A DNA stretch of 63,981 bases, filler included, from Cercozoa sp. M6MM (GCA_040357565.1; 11 parts of 11 records of this genome joined end to end with filler, not necessarily neighbours in it), one strand, 5' to 3'. Shown: positions 37,224 through 50,286, counted from the whole stretch's first letter. A program made the numbers and translations. The notes: a model not told the origin generated them from the letters alone.

Positions 37224-37366
37224 NNNNNNNNNNNNNNNNNNNNNNNNNNNNNNNNNNNNNNNNNNNNTTAATTAATTAANNNNNNNNNNNNNNNNNNNNN
37301 NNNNNNNNNNNNNNNNNNNNNNNATATATATATATATATATATTCATGTATGTATGTTTTGGACAG

Positions 37367-39321
37367 TGGATGGGCACACGTGCCGGTCACTCGGTACACT
37401 CGGTTGCTTTCTGTGCATGTGTCCACTGTGTACCGTCCATTTGGACCCTGGATGAAAGCTAGTGTAGCCGGACGCGTCGCGATATGTGCGCGTGCTGTTC
37501 AATCGCGTGATTCTGGAGGTTTGCCCCGCTTCACCCCCCCCCCCCGCTACCTAATTTACCCCCCCCCTTCTGGTAGGTTCCTGCGGTGCGTGCCGCTGCT
37601 GTTGGCGCCCTGGCTAACGTATACCCATTTTACACCCCCCCCACCCCTGTTACTTCCCATATGTCGTAGATTGCGCGTGATTGCGAAAGTCTACGCAGCG
37701 ACATCCGAGTGCTCCTGTCCGTTCTTTAAAAGTTTACCCCCCCCCCCCGTCTACCCGCCTCTTTTGGTTTCACAGGCAGCGTGCGCAAAGTGACAGCGAC
37801 GACGAGGTTCGGTACTTGCACCTGTTTGGTCAGAGTTACCCTCCCCCTACCCCTTTCGTTTTAGGGACCGCGCATGCACCGAACTGGCGTCGCTGGACCA
37901 ACCGTATTAACCCTCACCTGTGTTTATGTTATGTATGTATAATTATATGTTTCTATATAAATAATATTGTATATATATTTATATATATATATACATATTT
38001 TTGTATTTATTCTCGATGTTTGTCTCTAAGTATATTAAATATATACATAGATACCGATATATATATATATATATATGTTTATGGATGTTATTACAGTGAG
38101 GACAGCGACGAGTTGCCGGACCTGGCCGATCTAGAGTACTCGCTGCAGCAGTTCCTCGCCGGCGACATGATCAACGCCTTCGTGACCGACATGGTCACCA
38201 CGGTGCCTCCTGAGGTTTCTCGCTTTTTCTTTGGTTTTCTCCGCACCGAAAAATACCAAAAAATGCCTTTTCATCAAACACTTTCATTTTAAAAAAATAA
38301 TAGCTTTCAAAATTTCGAAATTGTGAGAATAGCTTTAAGAAGCTTTGAAAACAACTTGGTTCGTTCCAGGCCCAGCCGCAGAAGACGGAAACTGAGGCCA
38401 CAACATCGACAGCGGCGCCGTTGGAGTCTTCGCCCGCGTCCCCGCGACAGCAGGGCGCCGATCTTGTTGCTGCTGTACTTTTATTTTGCTTATTGACGGC
38501 GCGTGATCGATTGCAGCGTTTCTTGGGCGTTTCTTTGCAGCTTATGTTTGATCGTGGCAGGCCAAGAAAATGCCGAGCATGAAACGATTTGGCGAGATTC
38601 TGCAGTCGTCAGACCTCATCAGTGCCTTTCGCTTTTTTTCTGTGTGCTCTTTCATCGGTTTTCTGTTTCAGCACTCGCCGACGCCGACGGAGAATTCCGC
38701 GTGCAAGGTAACTTTCGCTTGAGTTGCGGTCGGTGGTTGCGAAACGCTCTGATGTGTGAAAACGGAAACACAGCCATGACGCACTGCTACGACAAGCGTG
38801 TGCTGCTCGTGCAATTCCTCGTTCACAACTCGCTCTCGGAAACGTACAGAATCGAACCTTTGGACTCTCAGCTTTCTCTTTCAAAACACAGCTTTCACTT
38901 GTTGTTTGGCATGCTTGCACTGCAGTGTCGACAAGGTCAAGGTGTCGCTCGACTCGGAAAGCTTCGTGAAACGGCACGCGAAGCTTCTCGGCGTTGTTCC
39001 AGTGGCCGTAACTTTTGCTTTGCTTTCTCGTATTTGTTCTTTCATGGTGTTTGACCGTTTTACCGTTTTTTCTTGTGTTCGACTGCAGGGTACGTTGACT
39101 CCGGGTGCTTCGGGCGTCTGCTGCGCCGTGTTTGGCGTGCACCCCCGTCTCAACCCGCCTCGTATTCTTCCTTGCCGCGAGCTTTTGTTTCTGTGCGAGC
39201 CAGTGTTTTGGCAGAGGTTCGACTGAGCTGCACGCTGCGTTTCGAGGTCGAGAACGCCGGCTACGAGGACGAGTATCCGCTCAACACGCTTTCGGTGACA
39301 CCCGATCACTTTGCGGCTTGA
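37367..39321 (+). CDS. COPG: Coatomer gamma subunit-like, 3' part (apparently C-terminally short)
   Basis: DSDDEVRDRA trunk motif; appendage motifs LVQFLVHNSL, CTLRFEV, GYEDEYPL. Confidence 0.8.
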
Positions 39322-39512
39322 TACCTACGGCCGAGTTATTAACCACTTTAAGTATAGTTGCACAACCCTGCATGTGCTCTAAGCTTTATCCGTGCATCAT
39401 CTACAGCAGGGCTAGCTGCTATAAATGTGTTTTAAAAATAAAATAAATTGAGGGCAGTATTATAGTGCCACGATAGTAGTGACAACAGTCTGATACTATT
39501 GCGAGTGCAGCC

Positions 39513-42500
39513 ATGTCGTTTGTTTTGCCTGGTATCGTGTTTTGTGCATTGTCAATTGTGTTGGGGATTCTCGTTGTTGGTGCAGTGGAGAACACGGAAA
39601 TCGAGGCCACCGGCCGCTGTTTCTTCGACTCGCTCGTGGCGGATGCAAGGTGTGCCTTGCTGTGTCACTTGCTGGTACTGTATTATACTGTATGGGCAGT
39701 CTGTCGCTGCTGAAGTCGAGCGCGAGTGCCAGCAAGGACGGCACCAGTGCCAGCAGCAAAAACGACGACGACGTTGAGATCGTCATTGATGAGGAGTGCG
39801 ACATCAACGACTCCTACGCTCTTCTAGGTTAGTTCACTCTCTTCGTGCTTTGTTTCCACTCATAGTTTTTCCTGTAAAGGCATTCCGCATGTTCGCTTCC
39901 GTGCGTCTGAGGTATTTTTGAATCAGTCAATCAACAAAACGTTTTGATCGGTGGTGTTTTTAGGCGTTAATCAAGCGCGCGTATCGCAAGGTAACCTGTC
40001 TTGGAGAGTAAATTTTCCCTGGGTCTGTGGTGACATTGCTTACACAAATGTAGGCCTCGCTGGCTCTGCACCCGGATCGGCAGATCGCCCAGGGCCGAGA
40101 GCCGAAGGAGTCGGAGCAGCGCTTCAAGGCTCTCCAGAGCGCGTTCGAGGCTCTGAGCAACCCGCATCGCAAGCTACTGCACGATTCCAAGGTACCTTTG
40201 TTTTTTACTTTACTTGGTTGAGCCGTATTGAGTTTTTCACGTCTGCTTGAGTTAGATTCCGTTCGATGAGCCGGTTCCGGAGAAGGATAGTGCCGACTTC
40301 TTTGGCACGTTTGGCGACGCCTTCCGTCAGTGGTGCGTTGTTGCTTTGCTGTTTATTTGGGCTGCCTTCTTGACCCATCCGTATCCCAGGTCTGAGTACT
40401 GCTCGGAAAGCGCGCTGTCTGCGGCCTCAGTGAGCGAAGTTCCGTCGCTTGGCGGCGACGAGGACGTTCCTTCGGAGGACGATCTGCGTGCACGTCTTGT
40501 CGGTACACCGTCTTAGAGGGCTATCATGCTTGTTGTCAGTTATGATGTGTCATGTGTGTAGAGGACGAAGCACTGCTGTTCGATGAAACACGTGCCAAGA
40601 AATTGGACGCCGAGTGGTTCCTTTCTCATTTCGAGTGCCTGGATTGTTTCTCTAATTCTCTTGTTTCCAGGTTCGAAAAAGTCGACCAGTTCTACGATTT
40701 CTGGTGCGTCGCGTTTTCCGCTTTATTCGCGCAAAACAGTCATTCAAACAGCCATTCAAACGTTCAAGTTTCCTAGACAGATACCGTTTATTCTGTGTTC
40801 AGGTTTACGCATTTCCGTTCGTGGCGCGATTTCACCTTCAAGGGTATCCAAAATATAAAAAATGCACAGTTGCTTTCATGTGTTTACCTGTGACTTGTCA
40901 GGTGAGCATGAGATGGAAGAAAACGCCACGCGTGACGAACGCCGCTGTATCCATCTTCGCTACTATCACAACTGGATAACGTGTTTGCCTTTTGCAAACA
41001 GGGGTCGAAAAGCAGAACCGCGCGGAAGCACGCAAATGGAAGAAGAACGAATCGCAACGCGTGCAGTTGTTGGTACAACTCTATTGCATATGCTTGTTAG
41101 AGTAACTGTAGGCTGTGGTTTGGATTGGTAGGTGCGCCGTGCGAACAAGGCCGATCCTCGTCTGGTATCACGTGCTTACGAACAAGCTTTTTGTAGTTTT
41201 CCAGTCAAGTTTTTGTTTTGCGATCAGGTGCGTCGCCGTGCCATCTGGCAAGCGCGCAAGGAGGCTCAAAAGGGTCTCCTTTCCTAAAGCCGGTCATGCA
41301 ATCAAAGTGTTAACATCTTCTATGTAGCCCAAAAGGAAGCCGAAAAGCAAGCTCGTCTTGAAGAAGAACAGGTGTGCTTGATTTTGCGCTTGGTTTTGAC
41401 TGACCGATTTTTCTTTTTGTATTTTTCTATACTGGAGTAGGCCAAGAAGGAGCGTGAGCAGAAGGAACAGGCACAGAAGGAATTGGCTGCCAAGAAGGCA
41501 CGTCAGGCCGAGAAGCGCGAGTTGCGTTTGGGTAACAGCTGTCTGTTCCTTTTTTGGAGTGCTTTTTATCTGAGCTTGCTGTAGCCAAAAAGACGCTGAA
41601 GAAGTTCGCGCCTGCTTTCCGCGAAACGCACGCCGATTTGGCCGTACTTTCTTTTTGTCTTTGTGAATGTTGTTTTATGGTGTTCCTCGTATTTGAACTG
41701 CTTGCAGGCGGAGGCTTGTCTGTCGGCCGATGGAATTGAAACGTTGCTGCAGCAGGCGACGCTCGAGCAGTTGCGGTGCCCTGTGCCAAAAAATCCGTTT
41801 TCTTTTTTTGTTGTTGTTATTCTTTCATGCGTTTCTTGCTGCAGTGAACTGGTCGCTGTCGATGGCATGGTATCTTACCTTCCTTCCTTCCTTTCCTTCC
41901 TTCCTTTCCTTCCTTCCTTTCCTTCCTTCCCTTCCTTCCCTTCCTTCTTCCTTTTCTTTCATCCTTCTTTCCGTCATCCTTCTACTTTCGCTTTTCCTTC
42001 CCTCACACTTCTCTTTCATCCTTCCTTCCATCTTGTCCTTCCTTCCACTACCCGCCTGTCTGTGTCTCACAGGAACGCTTCGAAAAGCTGAAGACGGTGC
42101 ACGACGCTATCGCCGCTCGCCTGCAGCAGGAGAAGGAGAAGGCCGTACTATCTCTCTGCTGTGGGTCTGTCAAGGATATCTGTGCATGTGCTAACAGGAC
42201 CAGCTGCGTCGCCAGAAGGCTCGCGAGCAACGTGGCGCTCCGGTGATCTTCTGTTCTTGTATCTCTCTAGTTTAAACTGGAATAATGATTGATTGGAACA
42301 GTGGTCTGCCGATGAGTTGCGTCGTCTGTCTGCCGCTTTGCAGAAGTTCCCCGGGTAGCCTCTGCTACTTTGCAGCTTCTCTGTGCCTCTTTACCCCTCC
42401 CCCTTAACCTTGGCTCAGTGGCACAACGGACCGCTGGGAACGCGTCTGTGCTTTCCTGGGCCGCGTATGCTGTCTGTTTCAGTGTCAGAGACTGCCTTGT

Positions 42501-43158
42501 CTTGTGGACAAGCTTGTTTCTCGCGCAGAACAAACGCGGTGAGAAACGCACGCCTGCTCAGGTGGTGATCAAGGCCAAGGAGTTGCAGAAGGGTGCCCGT
42601 GTGGTGGCTGGCGATTCCGACAGTGCTTTCGCTGAGTACAAGCGTCGTCTGCAGTCGGACGGTACTTTTTACTTCTTAGCCTTCTTACCAATTTACCCCC
42701 TGTGCAGATAGGAAGCAGCGCAACATTGCGCGTTCGATGCAGAGTGCCACAGCGTCGACCGGTGCTTTTGGTAGGCTTTCATACAGGACGTTTCATCTTG
42801 GACAAAGTGCGATCCTCGAAACGAGATGACGGTTGCAGAGGCTAGCGAGGAGACCTGGTCGCAGACGCAGCAGAAGGCGCTCGAGGCCGCCATTCGTCTG
42901 TCGTCCAAGGAGAAGGTTGCTTTCCTTGCATTCCCTTCCTTCCCTGCCTGCCTTCCCTGCCTTCCTTCCCTTCTTCCCTGCCTTCCTTCCCTCCTCTGGT
43001 CGGTCCAGTACTCATGTTCCCGTGTGTGCTTGCAGTGGCCGGCAGCCGAGCGCTGGGACCGCATCGCTGAGCACGTCGACGGCAAGAACAAGAAGCAGTG
43101 CATGCTGCGCTTCAAGCAGCTCCGCGAACAACTCAAGCAGCGCAAGCAGCAAAAGTAA
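39513..43158 (+). CDS. DNAJC2: DnaJ homolog subfamily C member 2 (MPP11/zuotin with two SANT domains), ~28 exons
   Basis: J domain IKRAYRKASLALHPDR; zuotin region FYDFW.FRSWRDF, DPR; SANT domains WSADE...FPGGTTDRWERV and WSQTQQKALE...ERWDRIAEHVDGKNKKQC. Confidence 0.95.
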
Positions 43159-43320
43159 ACTAGAACCGAGGCATTGCCCCTCAACGTTTTCCTTAACTAG
43201 AAAAGTACTCTGCGCTGTGAATTTAATTGTAGCCAGGTTTGCAAAAAAGTTCCCAGCTGCGGACTTGAAACGCGTAGAAACCCTAAAGTTCCTTCTTGTC
43301 AAATTAGGGCATATTAGCAC

Positions 43321-44549
43321 ATGTCGGCAACCGATAAGTGCGCTTTCCCATATTACCAAACCCATATACGTTTGTTTGGGTCGATGATCGGGACTGCCAG
43401 ATGCTGTTATTTTCCCTTTCTTCGTCAGTGTCAATCATCGCATCGTGTGGATCGACCTCGAAATGACGGGCCTCGATGTCGAAAATGACCACATTGTTGA
43501 GGTGTGCTTTTGCTGCGCACTAGTACGCATGCATGTGAGTTGACAATACAGGCAGCCTGCATTGTGACGGACGAGGACTTGAACATCATCGCCACGTTTG
43601 ACTGTATTAGCAGAGACCTTTCTTTGTGGTCTGTGGGGTGGACCAGAGTTGCAGTCATTGTGTCTTCTTTTGGCGGATAGCTCGAGTGATTGGCCGCCTG
43701 GACGAGAACACTCCGATTGATGTCGTAACTCATGCCACTCGTACAGCGCACCGTTGCCCTCTTGCTTGACTCTACCTCTGTGACAGGACGCGATGAATGA
43801 GTGGTGCAAAACTACTTTCGCCAAGACCGGTCTCACACGCCAAATTCAGGTACTTTTGCTTAAATAATAAAGTGTATTCACATCCTGGAACCCAACCAGG
43901 AGTCCACCATGACAACTCGTCAGTGCGAGGAGGAGCTTCTTGCAGTAATAATTCCTGCCAACTGAAAGGGGAGTGAAAGTTAATAAACTTTTCTTTGTCG
44001 CAGTTCGTAAAGAAGCATGTGAAAGAGCGAAAGGCGCCGCTCGGTGGCAATTCGGTAACTTGGGCATGAATTTCTCACGTTGTGTTTGCTTTTCTGCATG
44101 GTATCTGTTGGCTTTGGGCTGGGCTAGGTGCATGCCGATCGCGCCTTCCTTGCGAAGGAAATGCCCGAGTTCCACGAATTCGTGCACTACCGCAACGTAT
44201 ACACTGGCAGTCTTACCTGTTTCTATCACTGAGCTCTCTTTCTCTGTGTCCTATTCAGATCGACGTGTCCACGTTGAAGGAGCTTGCTTGGCGCTGGTGT
44301 CCGCCGTGTGTTCCTCCTTCCTTGATCGGGTTTTTCTGTGACTCGAACCGATTGTGTAGAGTGGCTCGAAACGCTCCCAAGAAGAAGATGCGACATCGGT
44401 AGTCCAGTTTTGACTTTGCACACTTAATGTTATTTGTGTAGCATTGCAGGGCTCTGGATGACATCCGCGAGAGCATTGACGAGCTGCGTTACTACCGTCT
44501 CAACATGCTGGCTCCGTGTGCGAGACCGGCTCACGCGTCTGGAAATTGA
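43321..44549 (+). CDS. REXO2: Oligoribonuclease (REXO2/Orn)
   Basis: IVWIDLEMTGLD, MNEWC, PLGGNSVHADRAFL, HYRNIDVSTLKELA, HRALDDIRESIDELRYY. Confidence 0.96.
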
Positions 44550-44976
44550 ACTGACCTCAGTCCGTACGGCATACCCGCGGTCGGTTAAAAACAGAGAATT
44601 GAGTTAAATCTTCCTCGTCTACTAGGGATCAAGTCCTATGTAGCGTAGCCCGTTGCCCTGTACGTACGGTACCACTGGCACGGGATGTCAGGTGGTCATG
44701 ATGCATGCATGAGTGACGGCCTACTGTGGCGAGGTGGCGTTGTGTTGGTCAATGCGCATGCATCAGTGCGTGCTCTTGCAGCGCGACCCAGTGCATGCTG
44801 CCGAGACCGAGACTGAACCTGTCGGTGCACACACACACACACACACNNNNNNNNNNNNNNNNNNNNNNNNNNNNNNNNNNNNNNNNNNNNTTAATTAATT
44901 AANNNNNNNNNNNNNNNNNNNNNNNNNNNNNNNNNNNNNNNNNNNNTTTCCCCTCCTCTTTACCCCCCCCCCACAG

Positions 44977-45262
44977 ATCTGGGAGTTGGGTGACATGGAC
45001 CGCGATGGCATGTTGGACAATGACGAGTTCGCCGTGGTAGCCAGTTTTGCCTCCCCTTACCCCCCCTAACAGCCTTGTTTTTGTCCGATAGGTGATGCAC
45101 CTGTGCAAGCGAGCCGAGCGAGGCGAAGCGATTCCAACAACGCTAGAGCCGGAGCTCGTGCCGCCGTCCAAGCGGGTACCCCCCCCATTACCCCTTACCC
45201 CTTACCCCTTACCGCTTACCCCATGCCTGCAGGGTGCTGCTGGCACCGACAAGCGCCTGTAG
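44977..45262 (+). CDS. EH-domain protein (EHD1-like), 3' end
   Basis: IWELGDMDRDGMLDNDEFAVVMHL...IPTTLEPELVPPSKR. Confidence 0.9.
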
Positions 45263-45480
45263 GACAATCAATCATGCGTCTCATGGCCACTCATGATAAT
45301 CGACCGGACCGGACTAAATTAAAAAAATACGAACGAGCTGCATTCTGCTGAATTGTCGCGTCCAACTTACTGCAGCCGGGTGTGTTACTGTTTGTTGAGT
45401 TCTTTAAACACATCTCTTTACACTCTCAACTGTAACGACGGCCCTACCTTGAGGTAACCCTCTCTTTTCATATCCTTTAG

Positions 45481-45795
45481 GGGTATGGCGGGGTTTTTCG
45501 AGGCAAAATCAGAATTAAAGAGAGGATAAGGGGGGGGGGGGTAAGGGGCGAAAGGGTAAAAAGGGGGGTAAGGGGCTAAAGGGTAAAAAGGGGGGTAAGG
45601 GGCTAAAAGGGGTAAGGGGCTAAAAGGGGTAAGGGGCTNNNNNNNNNNGGGGTAAGGGGCTAAAAGGGGTAAGGGGCTAAAAGGGGTAAGGGGCTAAAAG
45701 GGGTAAGGGGGTAAGGGGAGCAAAGGGGTAAAGTAAGGCGGGTTAAGGGCTGGGGGGAGGGGTTCGGTTTTGCCTCGAAAAACCCCGCCATACCC
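45481..45795. mobile_element. MITE-like element with perfect 28-bp terminal inverted repeats
   Basis: GGGTATGGCGGGGTTTTTCGAGGCAAAA at 45481-45508 and its exact reverse complement at 45768-45795; flanks ATCCTTTAG/ATCTTTCAG (7/9 match) are a possible 9-bp TSD. Confidence 0.8.
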
Positions 45796-45956
45796 ATCTT
45801 TCAGTTTGTTGAGATGTCGAACAAACACTATATTTATACGTCCTTACATTCTTACTTTTCTTAAGTCGCTGTCTTCACTGAGATTTGCGTTGGCAATCGA
45901 ATCTCGCAACATATACGTAATATGATCTACACAGGTAGAGACCGTATTCAGGGGAG

Positions 45957-46319
45957 TTACTCGGTGTCAGCGGCCTCCGAATCGAGCGGTGGCATGCGAT
46001 GTCCCGAGAGCTGCTTGACACCCTGCTGCTTCTGCAGCAACTCGAGTTCGCGGCGCTTCTGTCGCTGTCGCTGGCGCGCCTCCTTGCGCTGCCACTTGTC
46101 CAGCATGGCGTCGCCCAACGAACGTGCCTGGCCGGGCGGCTGCGTGGCCACACCGCCAAAGTACGTGTCCACACTGCGCAGCAACATTACGTCGTCGCAC
46201 ATTATTAGTACGGAGACACCACAGTGACAAAACGTACCCCTTGGCACTCGAGTAGAATTCGCGCAAACGACGGTCCATTTCGTGCTCGCGTTGTCTCTGT
46301 TTGGTTTTGCATTCCATCA

Positions 46320-46412
<93 letters not shown>

Positions 46413-49400
46413 CTACCCTGGCATGACGCAAAGCCGCGCCTCCCGACAGATGCGTCGGTCCGTTCTCCGGTCTGCAAGTCACACAATAAAGTACCCCACC
46501 TCAAACATTATGTCTCGATGGAAAGGAAAGAGTGAAAGCAACTTGAATTGTCGGAGCGGCGCCCTGCGTCGGTCCTTTCGCTTGCGTTCCATGTGTGTTC
46601 CCTCCTGTGAAAACTCAGACATTGTGCCCACAATACATAGCATACAGCGCAGTACAAAACACAAAGCCCGCTGGTACCAGCTCAGGTTTGGGTTCGTTGT
46701 CCAAGAACTCGGCACCGTCGCTCGCGACCGTGCTGTGTGACGGCAGTTCTGCTGGGGTCTGTTGTTGCTGCTGCTGTTGAGTGGACTCCAGCAACACACC
46801 CGAGTGCGTTGATTCCGGCAGATTTTGAGACAGCAGTTGCCGCGTCTGCTGCAGCGACAGTCCCGGCAGTGGCAGCGGGTCCAACTGGCCCATCAGTTTG
46901 TCCTCTGGCAAGAGGTTCGGCTTGACACGGCCCAGACGCAGTGCCTTGTCCATGCCGGCTGCAAAAGGGCAAGAGGGTTAACTGATCAACATGCAAATCA
47001 AGAAATCTACGCAGCTGAGTCGGCGGGAAGTGCGCAAGCATGAGGCGCAAGTCTTGGAAACGCGTCCAGCTGCATCGAGAAAAAATGTACTCGTTTCATT
47101 GTGCACACAAGAACAGAGTGGTCAAATTACTCTTCCGCACGCATCTCACGGAACGACAGTGTTCGTGCTTGACCCTATCGATGCACATGCATGAACAAGC
47201 ACCACACGAGAAGAAATCAAGCGTACTTCCATGCCGAGTTCAACCTGTTCGTCCAAAAGTTCTGACAGTGCATCAGCGTCCTCGGCACTGTCAAAATAAA
47301 CATCGATCACAGTTACAGACATTTGAAAGCGGAGAGAGTTGTGTACAGCGCATCTTTCGGTCGCGGCAGTCTCATATTCTACAAGTTTGGAATTAGAGTG
47401 CATGAAATAAGGCAAGGCAAACATTAAAGCCGATGGTACAGGCAAGAGTTCTGGCGCAGAACTGTCGTTCTTCCAGTCGTAAGATGACGGCCTGTATCAA
47501 GTAGGAGCAATCAGTGAATTGAGGCTGTGAGTTTGGCAACGGTACATGTCGAACTCAGCTTCATCGTCGATTTCGTGCGGCAGAGCAGTCATGAGGATCT
47601 CCTGCATCGTGTACAATGCACTGATCGCACAGATATCATTTGAACGAAGAGCTGGTACCTCGTGCAACTGCTTCAGTTCCTTCTGGGCACGCATAGAGCC
47701 CTTGCTGTGAAAGCACAAGAGTATCTATTGGTCGAAAAACAAGAAGAAAAAGAAGCAACATTACCGTTGCTCACGTCGTCGCTGCAATTCCTGTTCAATG
47801 AGCGTCATTTCGTCGACCTCACCATCCTGGTCGTCTCCATCTTCGGTCTCTTCTGCCTCGGTGCTTTCCTCTTCCTCGGTGCTGTCATCCAGCGAAAGCT
47901 TGTCCTTGATGGTGCGAACTGTACGTTTCAACACCTGCCCATCATGAATTGTTTGTATTTGGAAATTTAAATGCGCGAAAGTAACAAAAAACTACCTCGC
48001 TCAACGAGAAACCGTGCACGCTTTCGAGTTCGTCATTCTCGATTTCAGTTTCTTCGTGCAGCAAAGCCTGTGTCGTAACAATACAAGCTGAGCCCACCAA
48101 GTAAACACCACGAAACTTAGAGGCACCTCTAGAGCCGGCGTTTCGCCGTCAAGTCTCTGCTTGCGCTTGCCCTCGCTGAGCACAGAAAATACAAAAAAGC
48201 AGTGCGAAAAGAGAAAACAACAAACCGAAGCGGCAACAACGATTCGGCAATGTTCGCCTGTGCACGCAGCTGAGCTTCCTTAGCCGACATGCCTGAACGA
48301 ATAAAGAAATTTGGGGGACAGTTGGGTCAAGAGTATATCGTGCCCAAAAATTGTACCGGTTCGAGATTCGACCTGCTTCATGCGCGCGTTGAATTCGCGC
48401 ACTTCCTGCTCGGCTTCCTCAAACAGAACAAACACGTTCGACTCCACTGCGCAAATTAAATACTTTCCCGTCCATGTTTTTTCGAATCATCTAAAGAGCA
48501 GTTCGCACTTTCTGGATCGGCATCTTCATCCTCCTCGTGCCTCACGAATCTAACAGAAACAGAAACAAAAACATCTGAACGCAGCAAAAAAAAGAAAATC
48601 AAACAGTCTAAAGTACTTGATGGAAGGAACGTAGGCGAAATGGCGTGCTGACGCGATTTCACGACGCAGGAACCTCGCCAATCTGCTCAACAAATCAGTG
48701 AAACAAAAGGAAAACTGGGAAAAGCAGTACCGAGGCAGAACACGCGACTCGAGCTGCGGCGTCAGATTCGACCAGCGCGGCGATGTCAGTTGCCAGGTGA
48801 CCTAAAAAACACCAAAGATTAAACCGCGAAGAAGTGGAACGAAACATCAAGGTACCGTGACAGTCTTGTTGTCTTTCGAAACTGACATGTCGACCACATC
48901 GAAACCGATCGACGAAAGCGAGAGAACGTTGTTTCTCGCGTGAAGTGCTCCCTTACTGCAGTTTTTATGAGTGCAACAGGGTCTGGAAAATGCAAACTAA
49001 CAAGGAGAAAAGAAAATACCGCTTGAAGAAAGGTGCGAGATGCGCCTGCATGCGCGAATCGTCGCTCAGAATGTCCATAATCTCGGCACGAAACACGGCC
49101 AGCACACGTTCATGTCGGCGCATTTTCGCGTGCTCGCGTCTCGCCTGAATGTTACACAAAATTCCAACAACACAAAAGACTTAAAGGCGTCAAAAGAGCA
49201 CCTCTCTGTCCATCGCGGAAGGAGCACCGGCAGCGATCGCCATCGACTGAAGTTAGCTCAGATTCGCTGATGCAACAACACTAAAAAACAGCATCAAAGT
49301 ACCTCTCTTTGCGCCTCACGCGCCAGGCGTTCTTCACGTTGTTTCAGCGCCAGCATTGCTTGCCTTTCGTGAGCCTGGGTACAAGCAGTTTAGATCAATA

Positions 49401-49919
49401 AGTCAGAAAGATAAGAGCAATGTCACCTGATGACGACTGGTGCGGCCGTGCTTGCTCTGGTGGTGCACAACGTCGAAGAACATCTCGCGCGGATCGCTCA
49501 AGGTTTTTTTGGCCTGCTCAATCAAACAAAAAATCATTAAACATAAAGAAAGGAAACGACGCAAGTGTACAAACTTGAACGTCGCTTTGTCAGTTGGCAG
49601 TTTTCGCTGCTTGCCTGAACAAACACAGAAGTCGGACGCACTCTAAAAATAGGTGTCCAAAGACATGCGGTACCAAACTGCGCAGCCAGCATGTCCATGT
49701 CGGTCTTGCCGCGGCGCCGGCGTCCGGTAGTCTCCTAAAACATGCACCCACGCAGACAATAAAAATACAAACGCAGTGCCGCAAGTGATCAAGCGTGCGT
49801 ACCTGCTGAGCACCATCACCAGCTGCCGCGGACATCTCTGCGCCGCTCGGGAACGTCACACATCGCTGCTGGCTCTGCGTTCGCGCGATCAAGCGCGCTG
49901 AAGACAAACGTGCCTTCAT
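45957..49919 (-). CDS. Mitochondrial ribosome-binding factor A (RbfA)-domain protein with long extensions (may be two genes)
   Basis: Transit-like MKARLSSARLIAR; RHERVLAVFRAEIMDIL...FDVVDMSVSKDNKTVTVTW...FLRREIASARHFAYVPSI.FV matches the RbfA KH-fold pattern. Confidence 0.6.
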
Positions 49920-50286
49920 GCCCCGTCCCACACTAAACACAGCGTGCACACACGTGCTGGTAGTTAGACAGTCCCACACTCTTGAATATATACTTTTCTT
50001 AAGGATGCGTTGCGCTCGTTGACGCTTCCTTGCGCTTGCTGTTTTTGCTGCGTCTACAAAGCTTCCGCGGCTTCCTTGTCGTAGTAGTTGCACGGTAAGT
50101 CACGCTGTAGTCTGGATGCTCTGGAGCGGGCAGACGGTCTTGACAAGTTGCACTTCCACACGGAAATCAGTGTGACCCGAAACCTTGGCCGGTCGTGTGA
50201 TCTCCACGCGGTCATCGTGTCTTGCCTGTGGATTTCGCTGTCAGTTTAATTTTATCGGTAATTCCTGTTGCCGTAGGGAACCGAAC

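Noticed and set aside
45530-45730. Telomeric repeat tract
   Set aside because: It is internal, bounded by TIRs and made of irregular 17-18 nt units; no TTAGGG-type array is present
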